From Antedon mediterranea (Eukaryota; Animalia; Echinodermata): a stretch of DNA of 64,000 nucleotides. Below, piece after piece: positions 13,331-25,565 of this stretch. The position numbers and the translations under genes were made by a program. The notes beneath the pieces were generated by a model, which searched no databases, was not told the origin of the DNA, and was given only the letters and a program-made list of their open reading frames with translations. Each line of letters opens with the position of its first letter. Positions within the stretch are counted from its first letter, which is position 1. The DNA lies in assembly GCF_964355755.1 (NCBI RefSeq), contig NC_092672.1, positions 2,046,001-2,110,000 of the forward strand, in the 5' to 3' direction.

Positions 13331-16300
13331 ATGACGTTATCAATTCTTCTCTTCACCATCATCACTTTCTTGGCCTGTAGCATAGCAACACATCGGCGTT
13401 ATGACGGGTAAGTATAGTACAATAGATTCACTAGCTATGCAATTTTCATATTCATTTCATCGTCTTAAAACATTGTAGTTAATAATAATAATGACAGACA
13501 TGGATGGAAAAATCAAATCTGTAACTTATCAAATCTGCAACTTATCAAATCTGCAACTTCTCAAATATGTAACTTATCAAATCTGCAACTTATCAAATCT
13601 ATAACAAATCAAATCTGTAACTTATCAAATTTGTAACTTATCAAATCTGTAACTTATCAAATCTGCAACTTATCAAATCTGTAACTTATCAAATCTATAA
13701 CAAATCAAATCTATAACAAATCAAATCTGTAACTTATCAAATTTGTAACTTATCAAATCTGTAACTTATCAAATCTGCAACTTATCAAATCTGTAACTTA
13801 TCAAATCTGCAACTTATCAAATCTGCAACTCATCAAATCTGCAACTCATCAAATCTGCAACTCATCAAATCTGCAACTCATCAAATCTGCAACTCATCAA
13901 ATCTGCAACTTATCAAATCTGCAACTTATCAAATCTGCAACTTATCAAATCTATAACAAATCAAATCTGTAACTTATCAAATTTGTAACTTATCAAATCT
14001 GTAACTTATCAAATCTGCAACTTATCAAATCTGCAACTTATCAAATCTGTAACTTATCAAATCTGCAACTTATCAAATCTGCAACTCATCAAAACTGCAA
14101 CTCATCAAATCTGCAACTCATCAAATCTGCAACTCATCAAATCTGCAACTTATCAAATCTGCAACTTATCAAATCTGCAACTTATCAAATCTGCAACTTA
14201 TCAAATCTGCAACTTATCAAATCTGCAACTTATCAAATCTGCAACTTATCAAATCTGCAACTTATCAAATCTGCAACTTATCAAATCTGCAACTTATCAA
14301 ATCTGCAACTTATCAAATCTGCAACTCATCAAATCTGCAACTTATCAAATCTGCAACATATCAAATCTGCAACTTATCAAATCTGCAACTTATCAAATCT
14401 GCAACTTATCAAATCTGCAACTTATCAAATCTGCAACTTATCAAATCTGCAACTTATCAAATCTGCAACTTATCAAATCTGCAACTTCGGTTTATTGACA
14501 ATTCAATTTTTCTTCCAGTAATATTAAATCACATTGACCCTAGTTGTATAATGGTCAAGAGAAATTCCCCTTAAGTTCGCCCCTTAATTTACCCCTTGCC
14601 CAGAGCATTTTTCATTTTGTGTACATGTTGTATTATTATCTGTTATTAAAATAACCATAAGCCAAAATCACATAACAAAATAAAAGTATATACCAAGTCG
14701 AACTCATATTGTACTTTTATGATTTAAATAAGACAGAATATTCTGGGTTTTTTTTCAAATGATTTTGAAAGAAAAAAAGAAACGCTTCTACTAATAATTT
14801 TCTTTTGTAGATACAAACTTGTTCGCACGATTCCAGATATGGACGATGATTTGGATTCACTTAGAATACTCAAAGATATGTATGAAGGAGAGGAGGTAAA
14901 AAAAGGATTTTGTATTAATAGACATCTAAATATACATTTAATTATTTTTGTCTTTTATGTGGAAACAATTCCTAGGGGTTGAATCAATCCTTAATAAGAG
15001 GGGAGGGATGTTCCCTTAATAGAGATATCCCCTGAATGTGTCTCAAAGAATGGTTACCGATCGATGATACAATATATTAAGACATACAAACATTATAAAA
15101 TTGTTTGTTCCAGGTTGATTTCTGGAATGGCATCAAACGTCTAGGCATGCCAGTTGATATAGCAGTCTCACCGCAAATGGAAGCGACACTCATAGCACTT
15201 CTAGAAGACTTTGGTTTACGAAGTACCATAGTTATTACTGACATCCAAGCACTTATTGATGACCAAATGCGTCCTTCACTATCAACCAGAGTTAAACGAG
15301 ATGCAGACAGTACAAACGAATTTGATTACAACGTCTATCATCCTCTTGGTGAGGTAAAGTAGAGTCGTTTTGTTTATTTATTCACTATCAGTATATCAAT
15401 ACAATAGCTTGTCTCACTTTGCTTTTCATACTCTTTATTAGCAACAATGCTCTATCTTCTATATAGCTAGTTTCCATTCATCATTGTTCACGATGAACAA
15501 TTCTTCTTTTATAGTTAGTTTCAATCTCGCCCACTGTCAACACTGATATACATATTATAGCTTTCACACCAGTCATACCAAATTACCATATAATCCCATT
15601 TTCCTGGACTTTCTGCATTTTCTCCTCCTGGGGACGATCGAAATATATTGATCGAAACGTGGAGAAACTCAACATTTTGTTTCAGAACTATTTATACGTT
15701 TTTATTGCAAATTTTATATCAACAATACCAGATAATACAACATGTTTCATGTAAAGAAAAAATACACCGATCGCTGTGACTCAAATGAGCAGACACGCCT
15801 TCTGTATTAAATATAATATAGGTCTACTTTTGACTCAGATGAGCAGCCACACTTTCTGTATTAAATATAATATGGTCTACTTTTGACTCAGATGAGCAGA
15901 CACACCTTCTGTATTAAATATAATATAGGTCTACTTTTGACTCAGATGGCGGCAGACACACCTTCTGTATTAAATATAATATAGGTCTACTTTTGACTCA
16001 GATGAGCAGACACACTTTCTGTATTAAATATAATATAGGTCTACTTTTGACTCAGATGAGCAGACACACCTTCTGTATTAAATATAATATAGGTCTACTT
16101 TTGACTCAGATGAGCAGTCACACTTTCTGTATTAAATATAATATAGGTCTACCTTTGACTCATATGAGCAGACACACCTTCTGTATTAGATATAATATAG
16201 GTCTACTTTTGACTCAGATGAGCAGTCACACTTTCTGTATTAAATATAATCATTAAACAATATAAGTATACAAAGGCCTACTTTCGTACCTGCAGATCTA

Positions 16301-19300
16301 ATCCATCCTATGCCAGGCTTATTTAAGTTTCGTTATTTCGCTGTTTGGGTTGGGCACAAATTATTTGAATTGCCGACTCATGCATATATATAACGTTAAA
16401 GCAGACTGTAGTATTATTATTTAGGGTAGGTCGCTGTTGAGACGTGAAATGTTAAAAAAGTCACATTTGTGCAAACAACCACATTTGTCCAAACATGTTG
16501 CCTTCAAATGTGCAAACAATCATATTTGTGAAAACATGGCACCGTCAAATGGGCAAACATGGCACCGTCAAATGGGCAAACATGGCACCCTCAAATGGGC
16601 AAACATGGCACCCTCAAATGGGCAAATCTGTAATAAATCTTAAGTGTAAAAACGATCTGTTTGACGTTAAATTAGTCTGGGTTTCAGACGGAGTTTTGTC
16701 TTAACATTAGTAAAATGATAAATATTTTTGCACATATGGCGTTTCATACGTCTACTTGAGCTTGGTTTCAGACAAAAATCGAAATTTAAAAAAATAAATA
16801 AAAAAAGACAATGAATACAGACTTGGGGCAAGTCTAATGTCAGATGTACAAATGAAATTCTACAAATGTGAAAATCAGTTTCATTAACAGCAGGAAAATA
16901 ATATAGATGAAGTAGGCATGCTATGCATATTGGTATAATCATTAGGCGAATGTAAAATGAGCAAATATTTCGTTGCGCAATTTGAATCTGATTTTTGTTA
17001 AAGAAAATGATTTTCACAGACTTTTTGTGCATTTCACGGCACAACAGTCCCCCGAATATTGACAATGAGTAAACTAACAAAACAAAAACACTAAACCAAC
17101 AGAGTGCAACCATTCCTATAACAACAGCTTTACAATAATTACTAATAGATTTTATCACAAGCGATGGTTTATTCGCTTGTGATTGCTAACTGTCTATAAC
17201 TTCGCTTGTCGTTGGTTAAAACGCTTGCGTTGCGTTTACGTCCTTGCGTTACGTTCTAGTGGGAACCAAGCTTTGCGGTGCGCTTACATACTTGCGTTGC
17301 GTCCATGAGCACAAAGCTTAATTGTGTGAGATACATTATTGACATTTTGTGTATAAGGAATATTCTCGGAAAAATGAAAAATGATTTCCCGAATGGTTTA
17401 TAAACAATGAATACTCGCCTGGCTTGCCAAATGTGTGTAATAATTATAATCATTTGTTTAATATGTGTTAACAATTGTTACTTACTATTTATCAGATTAA
17501 TAATTGGGTGAATGATATTGCTGCGGAATATCCAAACATCGCAACAAAAATTAAGATTGGCGCTTCTTATAAAAAGAGGAATATTTTAGCTTTGAAGGTA
17601 AGTGATACAATGTTCCCGCTTTTTTGTATCTAGTAATTTCCAGTAATGAAATGAATAATAATAATGATATCCTGATCCTGGATTTATATAGCGCCTAATG
17701 TTGTGAAATCTCTAAGCACATTATTACCCCGCGGTCATTTTTTTGCATCAAACACGTATGGAAACATACTTCCATAATGCAGCTATAGTTATCAGCGCGA
17801 AGTTGTGTCTTGATTTAACCGGGTACGGTACCCATTTATACACCTGGGTGGAGAGGAGAAACGAAGTAAAGTATCTTGCCTAAGGATACAAGCAATGCGG
17901 CATGGTGAGATTCGAACAGCGATCAGTAGTCGAACGTCCAACACACTATGCCACACACCCTTAAAAAGAAACGTGGAGAAACTCAACAGTTCTTTTCAGA
18001 TCTATATACATGTATACGTAAACTTTATATCAACAATAATACCAGATAATACAACGTGTTTCATGAAGAAAAAAAAATATACCGATCGCTGTGACTCAAA
18101 TGAATAAAAAATTATTACACAATATACATATACATAATATAGGTCGTCTACTTTTGTACCTGCAGATCTAATCCATCTTATGCCAAGGTTATTTAAGTTT
18201 TGTTATTTCGCTTTAAAAAAGCCACGGAAATAAGTTAACGATAACTAACGAATTAAACCAACGAAACTTATGTGTTGTTTTTTTCTCATACATAGTTTCT
18301 ATACCAACAAATGACTGTTTGACAATGTCTTATAACGTATTATTATCATTTTCTCACTATAGGCCTACTATTATATGTATTTTTACTCTGTGGATGTAAA
18401 TTCCATATTATTATTAAAGATGAAAAGAAATAATAGTTATGATAATAAAATGCAATAAATGTACTTTTGTACTGGTAATTTATAATTAATTTCTATTCAC
18501 ACCTTTTTTACGTTAAGCTTGTTTAAAAATAGTTAATATTTTTTAACGTGAAACTTAGCATGCAATAATTATAGACAGAAATGGCGAACAAACATTGAAA
18601 CGGGTAAAAAAACATAACAAACCGCTTGGGGGCGCTTATTTCTCCATGTTTAATATACACAGCGCCTTCTAAATGTGTACCGCCTGTATGTTTAGTTGCA
18701 AAGTTAATATCTTAAAAAATAAATTCTTAAAATGTTCGTTCAACTTTGACTCAATTTACTATGGTAGATTGAATCGAGAGTCGTTAAGAAAAAAATGGAA
18801 AATTGGTGTATACGTTTGTCTTATCCACCAGCCTCCTCACCTAATATTATTGTCAATAATTACTAATTCGTGACTATTCAATTATTGCAGGGTGGAGCTC
18901 ATATTAACACAAAATAGTGAAATATATTCTTGTCTGCTGATGATTTCTGCCTGTAGTGTGCAATTTGAATTGAACACGAAACGTTTGATTGTGAACAAAA
19001 TGAATAACGCAAGCATTGTGATTTTATCATCAGCTTATCATAACAAAACATTCAATGATAAAAGGAAAGGGTATAAAAGCAATATTGAATATAATGTTTC
19101 ACGGTGGTCTGCTCTCGGCGTAATTTGCAATGGTAATATAATACTTGCTATGGCAGAAAATCAAATATATTTACAACTTATTTTTAAAATCCTGACAAAG
19201 AGATATACATATTCTAATCTCGAGTTAAATGTTCTAAATTCATTTCAACGTTTCAATATGGCGGCGGCGTGTACACTTGAAGAGGCAGCATTCAGGAGAG

Positions 19301-21744
19301 ATAGGATGAATATGAACATCCGGCACTTTCATTAAAATACATCGATTAAGAAATAATAAATATGAACGTTAACGTGTATTTCTAGGGATTATTCAAAGTC
19401 GTTATTCAAAAGGGAGGCGTTTATTCAAAGTGAGGCATTTATTCGAATAACCACGGTATTATATTCTCCGCGGCGCGGCGCGGTGTCTGTTAAGGGATGT
19501 AGTACTGATCATGTCGCAGCCACAGATAAACCCTTTGATTTCCCGGAGCTCAGCACCCTGTTGTTAGATTGCTTGCCTACATCTCGGGGTATATTTAACT
19601 TATATATAACTCACATCGCATACAAAATCATATAGCGAGATCGACTTCTCAGTGAGTGCAAAGCTGAATTCGCCTTCCGCACACGCACGTCACGTAGTGA
19701 TGAATATGTTGTTTCTTCCAGATTGGGCGTGCCTCTCCGACTGGCGATAGCAAACCCGTGGCGTGGTTCCAGGCTGGGATCCATGCACGAGAGTGGATAT
19801 CCCCGGCATCTATCATTTTCGTCACCCATAAAGTTAGTTTCTTCAAATAATTGTCATTATGAACATAAATTGTCATTTATGTTCAAGGGTAATGTACCGT
19901 AATGTATGTAAATTGAAGCATATTTGCTTTTTGAAAAGATAAATCGAAACTGGTACTTGTTGAAGAACCATCTTTCCATACATTCCTGGTAGCCATTGAC
20001 ATAAAGTTAACATTTGGATTAATGTTACTTTTAAGTGTACACAATACTTTTTTGTTTTTTGTTGAATCATCTTCAACACAGGAAAATTCATATAAAAATG
20101 TTTAAATAATCAGTAAAAAATCATCTATAACGAACATGGAAAAGTTATAAGTACCAATTTCACGATTAATTTCCAGTTGCTTTCAGGCTATGGATCGGAT
20201 AATGAAATCACTGCATTATTAGACGGATTGGATATATATATTATTCCTGTTTTAAACGTAGACGGATATGCTTACACTTGGACTAATGTAAGTGGAACAA
20301 GGACCCTACAGAACTCCCAGACAATGGTAGATTAACTTAGACCACCAAAAGGATAAATAAAATTGGAATAAACATTCAATTATATTTAGACACTGAAAAG
20401 AGGACATTTTGGAGTAAAGTTGTAGTTTATGGTTTTAATGTTTGGTTCCCAGGGCGTAACGTAAGCGTAACGTAATAAGTGATTTGACTCATCACAAGCG
20501 TTGAATTATTCAAACAGTCGCCTGTCATCAACACTTTGAACGCGTTTAACACTTTGAGCGCGTTCGACACTTTGAGCGCGTTCAACACTTTGAGCGCGTT
20601 CAACACTTTAAGCGCGTTCAACACGTTGAACACTTTGAATTCGTTAAACTCAACAGACGAATTGCAATAGAGGCGCTATATTAATTGTACATTACTTATT
20701 AGAATTCAATTGCACTATTGTCTTCATAGGATCGTCTTTGGCGTAAAACACGCTCAGAAAACAGTGATTCAATGTGCGTTGGCGTCGACGCTAATCGTAA
20801 CTATGATTTACATTGGGGTGGTAAGTTGCCATTTATACTCCTTTATTCCGTCATAAGCATGTACGTTATACACTGTCTGTGAACACGTTAAAGTGTCTTT
20901 CTCGGTTCAATTCTACAGATGCCGACGGAGCGGATGTAAACCCATGTAACGAAACGTACAGAGGCACTGAGGCTACATCAGAGGAAGAAATCAAGGCTGT
21001 CACCAGATATATGCAAGGTGTCGTAGATTCTGGTGATACTATACGACTTTTTATCGACTTCCATTCGTATGGCCAGGTATGGATGGCCCCATGGGGGTAC
21101 ACAGAGGATCCATCAGATGACTTCGAAGATCAGAACAACCTTCAGGCCGACGCCGTCGAAGCACTAACGGCTGTTCATGGAACAAACTACACATATGGAC
21201 AGATTTCCCAAACCATGTGTACGTAATTATTATATTATGGATTATTAGGATAATGATATATTTAACGGTGTATATTTTCATTGTTACTATCACATACATA
21301 TGCAATGAATTAACATTAAGGTTACTCATTATTATGCACGACGCCCTAAGTCCCAGTTGGCGCCTGACGTGGAGTAATTCTACGCATGTGCGTAGTAGTC
21401 GACTCCTATCAGACGGCATGTCATGGTCGAAAACCGACTCGAAACGCCCTAAATTTCTCGCGCATGCGCGTAGCAGACACGTCGTCTCCACATATGCTGG
21501 CCAAAAGCAAGCTTCATCTACTGTATCTATTGTTATAATTTGGTGTAAATTGGTGTTATTTTCAGACAAGGCATCCGGATGCAGTGTGGACTGGGCTTAT
21601 GGCGCACTTGGCGTCTTATACTCATACACGATAGAACTGCCAGATACAGGGGATTTTGGATTCACTCTGCCCCCTGAACGAATTGAATCAACGGTTACTG
21701 AATTATTTGAAGGTCTTAAGGTGGCCTTAAATCATATATTATAA
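13331..21744 (+). CDS. M14A zinc carboxypeptidase (carboxypeptidase A-like preproenzyme), 431 aa, 9 exons
   Basis: Exons 13331-13407, 14811-14895, 15114-15353, 17496-17597, 19722-19832, 20177-20287, 20730-20820, 20919-21218, 21566-21744, all GT-AG and in phase. Signal peptide [19 protein letters not shown], pro-domain VDFW...PVDIAVSP, and motifs [47 protein letters not shown]. Confidence 0.93.
13513..14487. repeat. Minisatellite, 16-bp unit (TCAAATCTGCAACTTA), about 60 copies
   Basis: Nearly perfect tandem array in intron 1 of the plus-strand carboxypeptidase. Confidence 0.97.
15777..16250. repeat. Minisatellite, 54-bp unit, about 9 copies
   Basis: Unit TTTTGACTCAGATGAGCAGACACACTTTCTGTATTAAATATAATATAGGTCTAC. 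Confidence 0.95.
16531..16626. repeat. Minisatellite, 23-bp unit, 4 copies
   Basis: AAACATGGCACCGTCAAATGGGC repeated. Confidence 0.9.
17655..17960 (-). mobile_element. tRNA-derived SINE with a CORE-like domain and an L2-type tail
   Basis: Minus strand: head GGGTGTGTGGCATAGTG...GTTCGAATCTC, core CCTTAGGCAAGATACTTTAC...CCACCCAGGTGTATAAATGGG, and 3' GGCGCTATATAAATC, which matches the LINE tail at about 59275-59290. Confidence 0.65.
19390..19458. mobile_element. Probable terminus of a Tc1/pogo-like MITE
   Basis: Repeated (G)GCGTTTATTC(A/G)A subterminal motifs ending in ACGGTA. Confidence 0.35.
20530..20640. repeat. Minisatellite, 18-bp unit (AACACTTTGAGCGCGTTC), about 5 copies
   Basis: Visible tandem units directly following a family-A MITE fragment. 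Confidence 0.85.
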
Positions 21745-24667
21745 TTAATATGGTTTCTCGACTATTATTATATTAGAAAATGTTTATAAGTTAGGCATAA
21801 ATTATATATTTCTAATACAGTATGATTAAGAGAGAGAAGAAGAAAAGAAAAAAAAGTTAGGCCTAACTCGTTAAAAATAAATATAATGGAGGATATCGAT
21901 TATTCTTTATTGGAATGATTAAAAACGACAAAACAACGTATAGTACAATGTACACTTTACTACCTGTACTTACAAAATACGACGTTAACATCAACACCAT
22001 GAGAGCGTTCAGTACAATGACGTAGACGGAGCGCAGGCGATTTGACCAATCACAAGCGACAGTTCGAAGTATCCATCGCTCGATGACTGGTTAAATAACT
22101 TACGTTGCGATTCCGTCCTGACTCTGTACCTGACTCAATATACAATTGACAATATGAAAAATCTGTAACGGAATAAATCACGATGGAAAAATAAAATTAT
22201 CTACACTATCAACTTTATGTGACAACAAAATGTGATGTCCCCATATGGACATGATTATGTCATATCATCACTACCATAGTTGGGCATACCACTACCGTAT
22301 TTGGACACATCACACTTTTTATTTTGTCAAACTAGTTTGATAGTGTAGACAGAGCTCCAAATTTGTTAAAATTGTTCTGTTATAAAAACCAGTCAGACTT
22401 GAATATCAGAGTTCAAGCTGACCGGATTACCACTAATCCCCAGAATAAAATGGTGAATATCCGGCGGATAATTTGGACAGCGCGAACAAAAATCTAAGTT
22501 GAATAAAAACACCAAAAAACGTAAAACTATTATCATGGAGGTATTCACGGCACCTTATGCATAAGACTGGAAAATGTTTTGAACTATATAATATTTATAA
22601 TATCTCCTTACAACATTTTATGTACAAAGGAATTTATTGAAATGTGTGACGTGAAATTATATGGCAACAATTTATTCAAATTGGAAACATTTTAAAACAG
22701 CTGTTTTTTATAGTGAATATTTCAAACGATAATTTGTAGAATACGAATGCCATTTCCAGTAAATGGCCGGCATCTCATCTGTGTGTGGCGGAATTATTAT
22801 AAAAGGTGGCGAGGATAGAGAGACGGGACACGCCACACCCATAAGTAGCAGGCGGGCTATCAAGTGATAACGAGCTATTGGCACGGTGACGATGTATATG
22901 TTTCCTGTAGTAACGGAAGAGGCTAACAAAATCTGACTATCTTCCAAATTAAATGATTCATACATCAACCTTCCCCTATAATAAAAATGTTTAAAAAATC
23001 AGATCCGCATGTCGTTGCAGCAGGGAGTTACAAAGTTATACCTCCCTGATTGCAGAAATCAGTTGACTGCTTTTTTACTGTGCGAATCACGTCTTATTTA
23101 CACGGTTACCGTACTAATAGTCACTTCAACGTAAAACTCAAATTATCTTTTCTACAATACAAGCTCTGCTACGAATCGGTACAAAAGAGAACGTAACACA
23201 GGTATTTCAAAGTTTTAATATAGTCTATTGTCCTTTAGTATAGGCTTCGGAAGTGAGCAACTTCATCAAGTTTATCGGCTAGGCTAGCGTTTCTTTACTA
23301 CTAACATCATAGCTTGAGATCTCACAGCAAACAAGGAAGGTCAATTAATACGACTCTCTCCTCTTCTTCTTGGGTTGCATGCGTACGTACGTACCTCTAG
23401 CTAGCCGGTTGATAGTAAATGTGTAGTAGGAGGCCTGGATCGAAAGGATGTGTCAAAGATTGTGTTTATATACATTGATGAAATAATAATTATAGGCATA
23501 TTATTATATAGTATTTTATTTGTTCACACGGTTTATACACAGATGAACACGCTGTAATTTTTGCCGTGTTCCGGGGAAAATTTTATTTTAAATGTAGTAA
23601 ACTTTTGTTAAGGCTGAGCAAATAAACTGTATTTTTTTTAGTCGAGCGAGTGACATGTCATAGATAGACCCTAATATAGGCCTAGTTTTGTTTGTAAATT
23701 GTATTTTTGATGGGGCCTTACACTGGCGATATTATTTCCTGTTTTTTTAGGCTATTTAATTATTTAATAAATAAATAAATTACAGACTAGGCCTAGGCCT
23801 AGCCTTCTTCTAACTATATATTATTATAAAACAAGTTGTGTGTAGAATTTTCCCCACAGGCCCTTTTTTGTATACAATGTATACAATAATAGGCCTACTC
23901 ATCATTCATATAATGATTGAGTTTATGAGGTTAAGAATTTTAACCAACAAAAGGTCGGATGAATATTATTAGATTATCTAGCTAGGCCTAGAGGGCCTAG
24001 ATTATTAATATTACGATTAGATTTAAATACGGAGGTTAATTATTGATTTCTTGCATTGAAATTTGAAGAAAAAGAAATTGTTTAAACTATGAATGCTAAT
24101 TTTGCTAGCATTATTAGCGTTAATGTTTAAGCCATCGGTTTTAAAATTATAACAAAAAGCATAATTATCTACTGTAGGCCTACAGTAGACTTGTACTCCT
24201 TTGTCGCAGCATGGATTATGGAACCGCAGAGACACTACACTATACAGACCGAGCACTTTTTAGTTGAACGAGAGGTCAAATAATACCCTAAGGACACATC
24301 CAATACGTACGTCACACAGGATGGACCTATACATTTATAGATTGATTATCACAGCTTGATTATCAACCACCTCGTCAACTACTACCAAGTATTGTTTTTT
24401 AGAGCGGAATCATGACTATTTTCACGTACTCGTAGTCGTAGCTAGACCTACAGCATATGCCTATTATATTATATTATCTTTTTTTTAAAATATACTGTAT
24501 GTCGTGCCGGCAACAAGAAAACATACTGGTAGTGTGATTCGTGTAGATAGACGACAAGGAGCCTATACAAAATAACGAAACTTGGCGAATGAGTTACGAC
24601 AACAAATTACATGATTGGCGTAGACCGTCAACCATGCCATATATTTTACATAATAATACTAATAATT

Positions 24668-25565
24668 ATAACTAAAGAGTACTCCGAGGGTACACACCTC
24701 TGCCTACTGTATAATTCCCTTACATGAAATGTCCCCGGAAAATATATCTATTTTTTAACATTTTTGTGTGTAAATAGGCTAACTGCACACTACAAAGTTG
24801 TGGATGAGAGTGTGGTGTAATGGTTATGTATCCAGCCTCTCACAGTTGAGGTCGCTGGTTCAAGTCCCACTGAGTTTTTTTTTTGTGTTTTTTTTTCTTT
24901 TTTTTGTGGACCTTGATCTTTAACCCTGACCCTTCAAAATGTAAACACAATTATATAATGAGTCATTGATCATTGTGGCGAGTGAGTGGCCGAGCGGTTA
25001 AGACAGTGGAACCGTAATTACGTAGCCATAACATCGGCAAGGGTTCGAGGCTCACTCGCTCCATGGTTCTGGTGGTAGAACGAGTCTTCTCGGATAAGGA
25101 CTATAAACCGTAGGTCCAGTGTACACATAGCTCATGCGCATTTTAAAGAACCTAGTACATCTTTCGAGACGTGTAGGGGGTTACCCCTGTGTACTAGTCC
25201 ACACAAACACAGCCACTGTCACACACAGCCACTGTGCAAATTGGGACTGGACCGTTTTAGAGGTGTTTACCACCTGTTGGTCCAGATCCTTCACTAACTG
25301 AGTTAGTGAGAAGTCGAATAAATAAATAAATAAAATAAGTTTGTTGAGAATCGGATAAAAACTGTGGTCCTCTAGGCAGTAAAATAGTTTTTTGTTAGTT
25401 GTGACCTTGACCTATGACCTTTTCCCCTCCCAATCGAACTCGTCCAAGCTTTTGGGGCATAGATCATTGTGGCCAAATTTGGTGAAAATCGGATGGCCTC
25501 CAGGCTGTTCAGACACACACACAAACATACAGGAGTGAAAACATAACCTCCTTGGCGGAGGTAAT
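24668..25565. mobile_element. HINE-like element with a nested SINE
   Basis: GACCTTGA(C/T)CT motifs on both sides of the SINE, a (CA)n tract, and terminal hairpin ACCTCC-TTGGC-GGAGGT at 25546-25562. The 5' subterminal ACCTCTGCC lies near 24697. Confidence 0.5.
24977..25336 (+). mobile_element. tRNA-derived SINE with a Deu-like central domain
   Basis: Box A GTGGCCGAGCGG, box B GGTTCGAGGCTC, central GTCTTCTCGGATAAGGACTATAAACCGTAGGTCC...TTAAAGAACC, and an (AAAT)n tail. Confidence 0.7.

Noticed and set aside
16667-19335. ORFs 16667-17158 and 18892-19335
   Set aside because: They are intronic and AT-rich, start at non-ATG codons and have no recognisable domain.
21217-21565. Hydrophobic N-terminus of ORF 21217-21744 as a membrane protein
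   Set aside because: This is AT-rich intron read-through. Only 21566-21744 is coding.
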